From positions 160,001-224,000 of the forward strand of contig CAVUQH010000004.1 in assembly GCA_963743525.1 (NCBI GenBank): a stretch of DNA of 64,000 bases. The letters are read 5' to 3'. The stretch comes from an uncultured delta proteobacterium. GTDB lineage: Bacteria; Myxococcota_A; Polyangia; Haliangiales; Haliangiaceae. Below the pieces are notes generated by a model. It made no database searches. It was given only the letters and a program-made list of their open reading frames with translations, and had not been told where the DNA came from. The position numbers were made by a program, and so were the translations under genes. Of this stretch, positions 9,586 through 17,551 are shown piece by piece (the first letter of the stretch is position 1; each line of letters opens with the position of its first letter).

Positions 9586-10214
9586 ATCGCATCCTCGAAG
9601 AATCCGGTGGTCGCGTGCTCGCCTTCGGCGCTCACCCCGACGACCTCGAAGTCGGCGCCGGCGGGCTGCTCGCCCGGCTCGCCGCCGAAGGCGCCGAAGT
9701 AACCCTGGCCATCGTCTCGGTGCCCAACCACGCCGAGGAGCGCACGGCCGAAGCCCGCGCCGGCGCCGAGGTCCTGGGCGCAGACGACCTGTTCATCCTC
9801 TACGAAGAGGAGATGTGCCGGGTCGAAGACATCCCGATGCACGAGCTGGTGCGCCGCTTCGACACGCTGGTCGGCGACATCCGCCCCGACCTGGTCATCA
9901 CCCACTCGGCCCACGACATGCACTGGGACCACGGCCTGGTCAACCGCGCGACGCTGTCGGCCCTGCGGCGCACGCCGTGCGACTTGCTGGCGTTCCTGTC
10001 GAGCCCGGAAATGAACGCCCAGGCCCGGTCGCTGGGCCAGTGTTTCGCCGACATCTCGACCACCATCGACACCAAGATCGCCGCCATCTCGGCCCACGCC
10101 ACCCAGCTGCCCAGGCTGGATCTCGAATCCAGCCGCGACCTTGCCCGCGCCATGGGCCGCATCAGCGGGTTCGACTTCGCCGAGACCTACGAAGTCCTGC
10201 GGGTTCGCGTGTAG
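9582..10214 (+). CDS. PIG-L family N-deacetylase
   Basis: 'AHPDDLEVGAGG', 'PDLVITH...D.H.DH', 'KIAAISAHATQ'. ATGA overlap. Confidence 0.92.
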   Translation: MNRILEESGGRVLAFGAHPDDLEVGAGGLLARLAAEGAEVTLAIVSVPNHAEERTAEARAGAEVLGADDLFILYEEEMCRVEDIPMHELVRRFDTLVGDIRPDLVITHSAHDMHWDHGLVNRATLSALRRTPCDLLAFLSSPEMNAQARSLGQCFADISTTIDTKIAAISAHATQLPRLDLESSRDLARAMGRISGFDFAETYEVLRVRV

Positions 10215-10244
10215 CCGGCCGAGCCGATTTGTTATCGTCGGCGC

Positions 10245-10889
10245 ATGTCAGCGTCGGCGACGGCCAAGCGCGCGATCAAGCGGTCGGTCAGGGAGGTGTG
10301 CAGCCGCACGCCGCTCGCGCGGCTGCTGACCTGGCACGGCAGTCGCGCCCGCCCGCAGGTGGCGCTGACCTTCGACGATGGACCAGATCCGCACTGGACC
10401 CCGCGCGTCCTCGACATCCTCGCCGGCCACGGCGCCGTCGCCACCTTCTTCTTGCTCGGCCGCAACGTCGATGCTCACCCGGCGCTGGTGCAGCGCATGG
10501 CCGACGCCGGCCACGAGATCGGCATCCACGGCTTCGACCACACGCCCCGCGATCTACCCGGGCAGACCGAACGAACCCGGCAGCTGCTCGACGACCTGGA
10601 GATCCACACCGATCTGTTTCGTCCGCCCGGCGGCGCGCTGGTGCCGTCGGCGCAGCTGTGGATGGCCCGACACCGGATGCGCACGGTGATGTGGAGCTAC
10701 GACCTGCACGACTCGATGCGCCACGAGGGCAAGATCGACGAGCGCACTCCGCTCGGCACCATCGGCCCCGGCGACATCGTGCTGATGCACGACGACAATC
10801 CAGTCTGCGCCGCCGAGCTGCCCGAGCTGCTGACAGCGCTGGCCGAGCGCGGCCTGACCCCGGTCACCGTGTCGCAACTGCTTTCGTGA
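10245..10889 (+). CDS. Polysaccharide deacetylase (CE4/NodB family)
   Basis: 'LTFDDGP', 'ATFFLLG', 'HGFDH', 'FRPPGG', 'IVLMHD'. Confidence 0.93.
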   Translation: MSASATAKRAIKRSVREVCSRTPLARLLTWHGSRARPQVALTFDDGPDPHWTPRVLDILAGHGAVATFFLLGRNVDAHPALVQRMADAGHEIGIHGFDHTPRDLPGQTERTRQLLDDLEIHTDLFRPPGGALVPSAQLWMARHRMRTVMWSYDLHDSMRHEGKIDERTPLGTIGPGDIVLMHDDNPVCAAELPELLTALAERGLTPVTVSQLLS

Positions 10890-10891
10890 CC

Positions 10892-11755
10892 ATGGCCAAC
10901 GACCGCGGAGACCTGACCGTAACCGCGCTGTACACCGCGGAGACCTGGCGGTGGGGCGGGTTCGCCGAGGCCGAGCTCCTGGCCAGCAAGCGCGGGCGCG
11001 ACGTCTTCAATGCCACCAACCTGGCCATGGGCGCCGCGCGCCTGCTGCGCCCGCGGCTGCCGTCGCTGCCGCACAGCCTGGTCTTGCGCCACGCGATGAT
11101 CGATCACCTGATCGCCGGCTCCGGCTGCCGGCAGGTGCTCGAGCTGGCCGCCGGACTGTCGCGCCGAGGCGCTGCCATGTCGGCCGACCCGGAGATGCGC
11201 TACACCGAGGTGGATCTTCCCGCCGTGGTCGCCGAGAAGGAGCGCCTGCTCCGCCGCAGCGAGCACGGCGCCGAGGTCGCCGACCGCGCCAACCTCCACC
11301 GGGTGAGCGGCGACGTGCGCGAGATCGACCTGGCGTCGCTGGTCAACGACGGCCCGCTGTACATCGTCGCCGAAGGGCTGCTGATGTACCTGCCGGCCGA
11401 CGAGCAAAAGGCGCTGTGGCGGCGATTGGCCGCCCTGCTCGACGGACGTCCCAACAGCGCGCTGGTATTCGACCTGGTGCCATTCTGCGAGCAGCCCAGG
11501 CCTGGCGCCGTCGGCCGCAGTCTCGGCTGGCTGTTCGGCCGCTTCACCCGCGGCGGCTCGTTCGCCTTCGACGAGCGCACCCGGGCCGATCTTTCGACCG
11601 ACCTGCGCGAGTGCGGCTTCGCCGAGGTCAACATCTACGACCCGGCCGAGGTCGCCGAGCTCGACGTGCCCGCCGCCGGCCGGCCCACGCAGGCGCTGGT
11701 CTGGCTCACGAGAACAGCCGCGCCACCCGCAGGAACTTCCACCGACTCCCCTTGA
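10892..11755 (+). CDS. Class I SAM-dependent methyltransferase (LCM-like)
   Basis: C-terminal part of ORF 9356..11755: 'QVLELAAGLSRR', 'EVDLPAVVAEK', 'AEGLLMYL'. Confidence 0.88.
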   Translation: MANDRGDLTVTALYTAETWRWGGFAEAELLASKRGRDVFNATNLAMGAARLLRPRLPSLPHSLVLRHAMIDHLIAGSGCRQVLELAAGLSRRGAAMSADPEMRYTEVDLPAVVAEKERLLRRSEHGAEVADRANLHRVSGDVREIDLASLVNDGPLYIVAEGLLMYLPADEQKALWRRLAALLDGRPNSALVFDLVPFCEQPRPGAVGRSLGWLFGRFTRGGSFAFDERTRADLSTDLRECGFAEVNIYDPAEVAELDVPAAGRPTQALVWLTRTAAPPAGTSTDSP

Positions 11756-12065
11756 TCTTGACGTCGCCGCGCAGGTAAGCGCGCAGGCCCGACGCTCCCT
11801 GATTGAGGCGGCGCCAGGTGTCGACCGACATCGTCAGGGTGAACGACGGCCTGGGGTGCTGGCCCTCCGCCACCTCGACGGCGCCGGCGCCGAGCGCGAA
11901 GTAGTACCAGCCGCCGTCGTCGCCGGTCAGATGGAACTGGGCGACCGCCTCGAACTTGCCGAAATGATCATCGGCGCCGTCGTGGGCGCGCAAGAGCTCG
12001 GGGATCCACTCGAGGAAGTAGCGGCGCGGCTCGTCGAGGTACTCCTGGGGCACACCTTCGCTCAT
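11706..12065 (-). CDS. SCP2 sterol-binding domain protein
   Basis: 'QFHLTGDDGG.YY', 'AYLRGDVKIKG'. Confidence 0.85.
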   Translation of the reverse strand: MSEGVPQEYLDEPRRYFLEWIPELLRAHDGADDHFGKFEAVAQFHLTGDDGGWYYFALGAGAVEVAEGQHPRPSFTLTMSVDTWRRLNQGASGLRAYLRGDVKIKGSRWKFLRVARLFS

Positions 12066-12171
12066 CCGGCGCAGGGTACGTCGAACCGGTCGTGCGGTGT
12101 CGCGAATCGCCTGATTTCCGCCGGTTGCAAGTCAGTAGAGCGTCGGGCCCGGGTATGCGTTCCCAACAACT

Positions 12172-13638
12172 ATGGATGTGTCCCTGGTCCTGACCCACCG
12201 CTGCAACCTCGACTGCGGCTACTGCTACGCCGGCGAGCACCACCGGGCGATGATGCCGCCCGAGACCGTCGATCGCTCGGTCAACCTGATGTTCGACGAC
12301 GCCGGCGACACGGTGCAGCTGAGCTTCTTCGGCGGCGAGCCGTTCCTCGCGTTCGAGACCATGAAGCAGGCGGTGGTGCGCGCCCGCAGCCGCGCCGCGT
12401 CCACCGGCAAGAGCCTGCTCATCCAGTGCACGACCAACGGCTCGGTGGTGCGCGACGAGCACGTCGCCTTCGTTCGCGACAGCGGCATGCGCTGCACGGT
12501 GTCGATCGACGGCGTGCGCGAGGCCCACGATCTCAACCGGCCGTGCGGCGGCGGCGGCTCCAGCTTCGACCAGGTGCTGGCCGGACTGCAGCGGCTGATT
12601 CACGGCGGCTGCGATCCCGACGCGATGATGGTGATCACGCCCGAGACCACGCCGTACCTGTTTCGATCGGTCTGCTTCCTGTGGGACCAGGGCGTGCGCA
12701 AGGTGCGCGCGAACGTGCAGCTCGACGCACCGTGGACCACGGCCGACCGCGACGAGCTGCGCGAGCAGCTGCTGGCGGTGAGCGGCGAGCTGGTGGCCCG
12801 CCGCGCCCGCGGCCAGCGGGCGGTGTTCGTGCCGTTCGAGGCCGGCATGCGCAAGGAGCGCGAGCGCGCCCAACGCCGCTCGCTGCTCGGCATCGCCCCG
12901 GTGACCGCGGCCGCCTGCGGCGGCATCCCCGAGAAGCGGGCGCAGATCGTCGTCGGCACCACTGGCAACCTCTATCCCTGCGCGCCGATGGTCGGCGAGG
13001 ACCGCGACGACGGCCCCGAGGCCGCCCTGCGCCTGGGACACCTCGACGACGGTGCCGCCGCCATCAACGAAACCGTGCGCCGTCGCGGCGCCGGCTGCGG
13101 CGACGGCAAGGGCTGCGCCTGCGCCGCCTATCTCGAGACCGGCGACCGCGACACCCCCGGCGCCAACGGCGCCTGGTACGCCCGCGTCTGCGAACAATTC
13201 GGCGCCGCCATCGTCATCGCCCTGGCCGACCTGCCGGGGCAGCGCGACCGCATCGGACGCCGCCCGTTCCTGTTCGGCCTGGCCGCGGCCGGCGGCGTCG
13301 CCCTGGCCACGCCGGCGCTGATCCAGGCCGGCCTGTTCGGCGGCGGCGAAGAGACCGACAAGGGCTGCAACATCGCCGGCGGCATCGCGCCGCCGCCCGA
13401 ACCGCCCGTCGTGGAAACGCCGCCGCCGCCGGTCGAAGATGTCGACGGTGCCATGGTGATCGAACCGGAGCCGCCGCCACCGCCGCCGCCGCCGCCGGAG
13501 CCGCTGGTCAAAGGTGAGATGAAAGCCCCGCCACCGCCGCCCGGACAGATGCTGGCGCCGCCTCCTCCACCGCCGCCGAAACCGAAGCCGGAGCCGCCGC
13601 CCGAGAAGAACGAGATCGTCCGCGGCGACATCGAATAG
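12172..13638 (+). CDS. Radical SAM/SPASM-like protein with a C-terminal twin-Arg/TM/Pro-rich extension
   Basis: 'CNLDCGYC', 'FFGGEP', 'TTNG', 'SIDG', further Cys cluster ('YPC', 'C.DGKGCAC'). Tail 'RRPFLFGLAAAGG...' followed by poly-Pro. Confidence 0.88.
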   Translation: MDVSLVLTHRCNLDCGYCYAGEHHRAMMPPETVDRSVNLMFDDAGDTVQLSFFGGEPFLAFETMKQAVVRARSRAASTGKSLLIQCTTNGSVVRDEHVAFVRDSGMRCTVSIDGVREAHDLNRPCGGGGSSFDQVLAGLQRLIHGGCDPDAMMVITPETTPYLFRSVCFLWDQGVRKVRANVQLDAPWTTADRDELREQLLAVSGELVARRARGQRAVFVPFEAGMRKERERAQRRSLLGIAPVTAAACGGIPEKRAQIVVGTTGNLYPCAPMVGEDRDDGPEAALRLGHLDDGAAAINETVRRRGAGCGDGKGCACAAYLETGDRDTPGANGAWYARVCEQFGAAIVIALADLPGQRDRIGRRPFLFGLAAAGGVALATPALIQAGLFGGGEETDKGCNIAGGIAPPPEPPVVETPPPPVEDVDGAMVIEPEPPPPPPPPPEPLVKGEMKAPPPPPGQMLAPPPPPPPKPKPEPPPEKNEIVRGDIE

Positions 13639-13672
13639 CCCTCCAGCCGGCCGCGTGTACTAAGGTCGGCCG

Positions 13673-14684
13673 ATGCGCTCCCTGCTTCCTCGCGCTCGCC
13701 CTCCTTGCGTGCAACACCGACGCCAAACCGCGCCGGAAACCCCGAGGCGCCCGGGCTCGCCCGCGGAGACCGCGAAACAGCGCCGGCTTCGACCTCCGCA
13801 CAGAGCAAACCTGAATCGTGTGACTGGAGTGGACCGGAGTTCGATGCGGACGCTCCACCGCAGCCGCCCGCTCCGGTCGAGGCGTGGAGAAACCAGGGCG
13901 CGAGCCCAGACGAGCATACCGCTACCCATCGCGCAAGGGACACTGGTTCGACGTCGAGGCGCACAGGAAGGACGCGGGTACCTCGGCGCAAAGTCCGAGT
14001 GGGGGGCTGGATGGGTCACGATGCCCGAGACGGTTCAGCCCTGGAGCATCGACCTGGGAGATGTGAATCGAAGGGAGCGCGGCTGGTAACCGTTACGCCG
14101 GGCACGCCGCGCTTCCTCCACGAAGGCTCGCTGGATTCGGAGCCGAACCAACCTCCCGGCGAGAAGCTGTTGGATTGCACACGATGACAGAGGTGGCGTT
14201 ACTCGAGTCGGCCAGCGGCTGCCGTTCGCGACTGGTCCCCAGAGGGCGATTGATCCCTGCCAACCAGGCCTCGCTGAGATTCACCGACGTCGGCTCTCTG
14301 TTTCCAAGACTCCCTGCTGAGCCGATCGGGCCCGGCGCAGTGTGGACCATCAAGCGCGCGATGACCGGGGGCTCTCCGTTCGCCGCGCTCGTTCGGTACG
14401 AGCTGCTTTCTGTGGACGGCGACCGGTTGCGAATCCGCTTCGACATGCGGACTGACACAGGACCCGAGCGACAGCGTGTCGATGGTGACCCTGCGGAGAT
14501 CAACAACACCATGCACGTCGCTGGCGAAGCAGTCGTCGATTTCGCCGGCAGCCAATGGAGCGGACAGTGGACCATGACGGGGACGATGGAGACGAAGGTG
14601 TGCAAGGCGAAGCTACTCGAGAATAATCAGCTCGGCTTCGAGTCGCACTACACCATCACCGCGGCCCCGCCGGCCGCACCGTGA
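13673..14684 (+). pseudogene. Multiply frameshifted lipoprotein gene (DUF6263-like)
   Basis: Fragments in different frames: 'MRSLL..LALALLAC', 'PGREPRRAYRYP', 'LFPRLPAEPIGPGAVWTI'. Codon usage is less GC3-biased than neighbours. Confidence 0.5.
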
Positions 14685-14781
14685 CCGAATGCGCTGGTCA
14701 GTCGGCGCCGTGGTGGTGGAGCCCGCAGCGCCCTGACCGAGGGACTGCGACGGTGACGCATCTGCACCGACCCGACGTGGA

Positions 14782-15516
14782 TCAGGGGGCGGTGAGGTCC
14801 AGCGAGCCCAGGTTGCGCTCGACCGTGGCGAGATCGTCGGTGAGGGAGACGATGACGTCGTAGGTTCCCGGGCTGGCACCGCCGAGATCGAGCGTCGCCG
14901 TGCCGCGACCGTCGTGCAGGGCGATGGCCACCACCACGTCGTCGCCCGTGGTCGGCCGCAGCAGCACGGTGCCGTCGACCAGGTCGCCGTCCGGGTCGCT
15001 GATGGCGTAGGTCAGATCGACCGCGTCGGCGGTGGTTGCGCTCGCGGGCAGGCTGCCCGGGTCGATGGTCGGATCCTGGTTGTCGGCTCGCTCGCCCAGC
15101 GCAGGGTGATCGGGGTCACCGTTGTCGAACGCCCGCTGGCTCCAGTTCTCCAGCGTCTTCTTCTCGGCGTCGGTGAGCGGGATGCTCGGCGGCATGTCGC
15201 CGGCGGTGACCGCGCGCGAGACGATGTTGGCGTTGGACAGCGCGGCGCCGGGGATGTCGGTGACCATCATCGGCCCACTGGGGGTGTCGATGGAAATCGG
15301 GGTGATGAGCGGCGTGCTGCCGTACTTGTCCAGGCGGAACGCGAGCGGGTTGGTGCCGACTTCGGGCGCGCCACCCGCGGTCGGGACGCCGTGACAGCGC
15401 ACGCAGTTGGCGACCAGGATCGGCTGCACGTCGTCGATCCAGGTCGGGTCGGACGGCGCGCTGGCAGCGCAACCGGAGGCGAGGAGGATCGGAACGAAGA
15501 GGAGTGTGGTGCGCAT
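14782..15516 (-). CDS. Monoheme c-type cytochrome lipoprotein with C-terminal Ig-like domain
   Basis: Lipobox 'LASGC', 'VQPILVANCVRCHG', distal 'MPP', then 'SDPDGD' beta domain. Confidence 0.85.
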   Translation of the reverse strand: MRTTLLFVPILLASGCAASAPSDPTWIDDVQPILVANCVRCHGVPTAGGAPEVGTNPLAFRLDKYGSTPLITPISIDTPSGPMMVTDIPGAALSNANIVSRAVTAGDMPPSIPLTDAEKKTLENWSQRAFDNGDPDHPALGERADNQDPTIDPGSLPASATTADAVDLTYAISDPDGDLVDGTVLLRPTTGDDVVVAIALHDGRGTATLDLGGASPGTYDVIVSLTDDLATVERNLGSLDLTAP

Positions 15517-15527
15517 GAGGATCCTCG

Positions 15528-16640
15528 TCACAGGTAGTAGTGCACCATCAGGAAGCCGAGTATCGAGTGGGTGTCGCCGATCTGCTCGCCGCGGCCCATC
15601 AGCATGACCTCCCAGTGCGAGCGCGGAAAGAACTGCACCATCACGTCGGCGGCGTCGCGCGCGGTGTCGGCGACCGACAGGTCCTCGGCGTAGTGCTCGA
15701 CCGCGGCGCCGATCATCACGCCCTGCGCCGGGAAGTAGCTGAGGTTGAGGTGGCCCAGGAGCTGGCTCCGCGGGTTGGCGTCGATGCTCTCGCGGGCGCC
15801 GTTGACCTCGGCCATGACCAGTAACTTGGGCCCGTCGAGGTACCACTTGCCCGTGGCGCCTGCGATGTAGCGGGTACGCACGCTGGTCTTCTCGAGCTTG
15901 GCCTGTAACCCCCAGCGCAGGCTGCTGCTCACGGCGCGCTCGTACATGATCGATCCGCCGTACGGTCTGCCCGCCCCGGCCTGCACCGGGTCGGGCGCCG
16001 AGGCGGTGGCGTGGAGCTCCCAGTCGTCCTCGACGACGCCACCGGAGAGGTTGTAGGTCTCCTCCCACGAGTAGAAGCCCATGTAGCGGCGCACGTACAT
16101 GGTGTGGTCGACCTGGCGCAGGCCGAACGGAGCGTAGAAGCGACCGATGCGCACGTACGGCCCGGTGGTGCCCGGCTGCCACATCAGGTAGTGCTCGCGC
16201 GATCCCAGCGGCGGCCGAGGGAAGCCGCGCGCAGCGCCGCGTCCGCCCAGGGTCACCGACAGCGACAGCGACTTGCTGAAGGCAAAGCGACTGTAGATGT
16301 CGGCCTGCATGGGAAACAGCAGCAGCTCGCTCTCGGAGGTGTCCGACGCGCTCTTGATGCCGGTGACGCCGCGGAAGTCGGCGCCCAGCGCCAGCCACTT
16401 GGGCGGCTCCCAGGCACCGTAGAGGAACTCGTCGTCGCCGCCGCGGCTGATGGTATCGGCCGCTTCCGACCGGCCCCAGTCGCGCAACAGGCCACCGCCG
16501 GCCGGCGAGTAATGGCACTCGCCGCAGCGGTTGGTGCCGCTGGACAGCTGGAACTGCGGGTAGGCCAGCGCCGTGCCCGACGAGGCTGCCAGCGCGACCA
16601 GCGCCGCGGCCAGCGACAGAAGCAGAACCTGGCGTCGCAT
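15528..16640 (-). CDS. Outer-membrane beta-barrel with an N-terminal CxxCH heme site
   Basis: Signal peptide, 'YPQF...CGECH.SP.GGG.L', 'FPMQAD', 'GRFYAPFGLR', C-terminal 'MVHYYL'. Confidence 0.85.
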   Translation of the reverse strand: MRRQVLLLSLAAALVALAASSGTALAYPQFQLSSGTNRCGECHYSPAGGGLLRDWGRSEAADTISRGGDDEFLYGAWEPPKWLALGADFRGVTGIKSASDTSESELLLFPMQADIYSRFAFSKSLSLSVTLGGRGAARGFPRPPLGSREHYLMWQPGTTGPYVRIGRFYAPFGLRQVDHTMYVRRYMGFYSWEETYNLSGGVVEDDWELHATASAPDPVQAGAGRPYGGSIMYERAVSSSLRWGLQAKLEKTSVRTRYIAGATGKWYLDGPKLLVMAEVNGARESIDANPRSQLLGHLNLSYFPAQGVMIGAAVEHYAEDLSVADTARDAADVMVQFFPRSHWEVMLMGRGEQIGDTHSILGFLMVHYYL

Positions 16641-17068
16641 CAGTTGCACCTCGCGCCGTCGAGGATCCAGTTGCGCACCAGCTCGATGTCGGGCTCGGGC
16701 AGCGGCGCGTCGGGCGGCATGCGCCACGGCACGTCGACACCTTCGAGCAGGTGCACCAGCCGCGACCGCTGCGGGTCACCGGGGCGCACGAAGTTGAGCA
16801 GCGGATCGGTCGGCGCCTCGCCGTCGACACACGGCGCGCCGACCAGCCCGGCATAGGCGGCGTCGACGCTGTCCAGGCCGAGCCCGCCGGCGGGGAAGTG
16901 ACCGCTGTGGCAGGTGGCGGTCGCGCAGCTCTGCTGCATGATCGCGCCCTGGATGTACGTGAAGCTGACCGGCCGGTCGTCGGTGGAGTCGGCGCAGCCG
17001 GCGCCGACCAGGATGGCGCCCGCCATCAACGCGGGCATGAGCAATCGGAAAGACATCGGATTCCTCAC
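16640..17068 (-). CDS. c-type cytochrome lipoprotein with an atypical Cx4CH motif
   Basis: Lipobox 'VGAGC', 'CATATCH', 'PGDPQRSRL', 'MPP', 'WILDGA'. Confidence 0.82.
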   Translation of the reverse strand: MRNPMSFRLLMPALMAGAILVGAGCADSTDDRPVSFTYIQGAIMQQSCATATCHSGHFPAGGLGLDSVDAAYAGLVGAPCVDGEAPTDPLLNFVRPGDPQRSRLVHLLEGVDVPWRMPPDAPLPEPDIELVRNWILDGARCN

Positions 17069-17074
17069 GGCGAG

Positions 17075-17437
17075 TCAGCGCGGCTTGCCGCACTGGTACC
17101 AGGTGTAGACTTGTTCTTCCTGGGCGGCGGTGAGCGCGAAGGCATTGCCCGGCGGCATCGAGCCGTCGGCGATGACACCCTGGGTCAACTTGGTGCGCGG
17201 CGCGGCAGCCTCATAGGTGTCGTAGTTGATCCCGCGCGGCGCACCTTGTCGAGCGGCGCCCGTGAAGCGCGAGTTGTGGCACGCGCTGCACAGCGTGAAC
17301 GCGCCGACCTGATCGTAGGTGGGCACGGTGGCGGTCGAGCAATCGATCACCGGAGGGCTGCCACCCATGCAACCGGAGGCGAGCAGCAGAAAGAGAGGTC
17401 CGACAGCGAGCGGCACGAGCCACGGCGCGATCCGCAT
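17075..17437 (-). CDS. Small monoheme c-type cytochrome lipoprotein
   Basis: Lipobox 'LASGC', 'CSACH', 'RQGAP.GINYDT', 'MPP', 'W..CG.P'. Confidence 0.85.
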   Translation of the reverse strand: MRIAPWLVPLAVGPLFLLLASGCMGGSPPVIDCSTATVPTYDQVGAFTLCSACHNSRFTGAARQGAPRGINYDTYEAAAPRTKLTQGVIADGSMPPGNAFALTAAQEEQVYTWYQCGKPR

Positions 17438-17551
17438 GGGCGCGGTATATCACGGTAAAAGCCCGTCTGAGCCGTTTAACAGTGTGAAAAGATTGTACAG
17501 ATCAACGCTTCCGTGGGCCGGTAACGTGAGATACTCCACCGCTGTAGCGCC

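Noticed and set aside
17483..17500. CRP/FNR-type site (TGTGA...) in the divergent promoter
   Set aside because: The second half-site does not match at the expected spacing.
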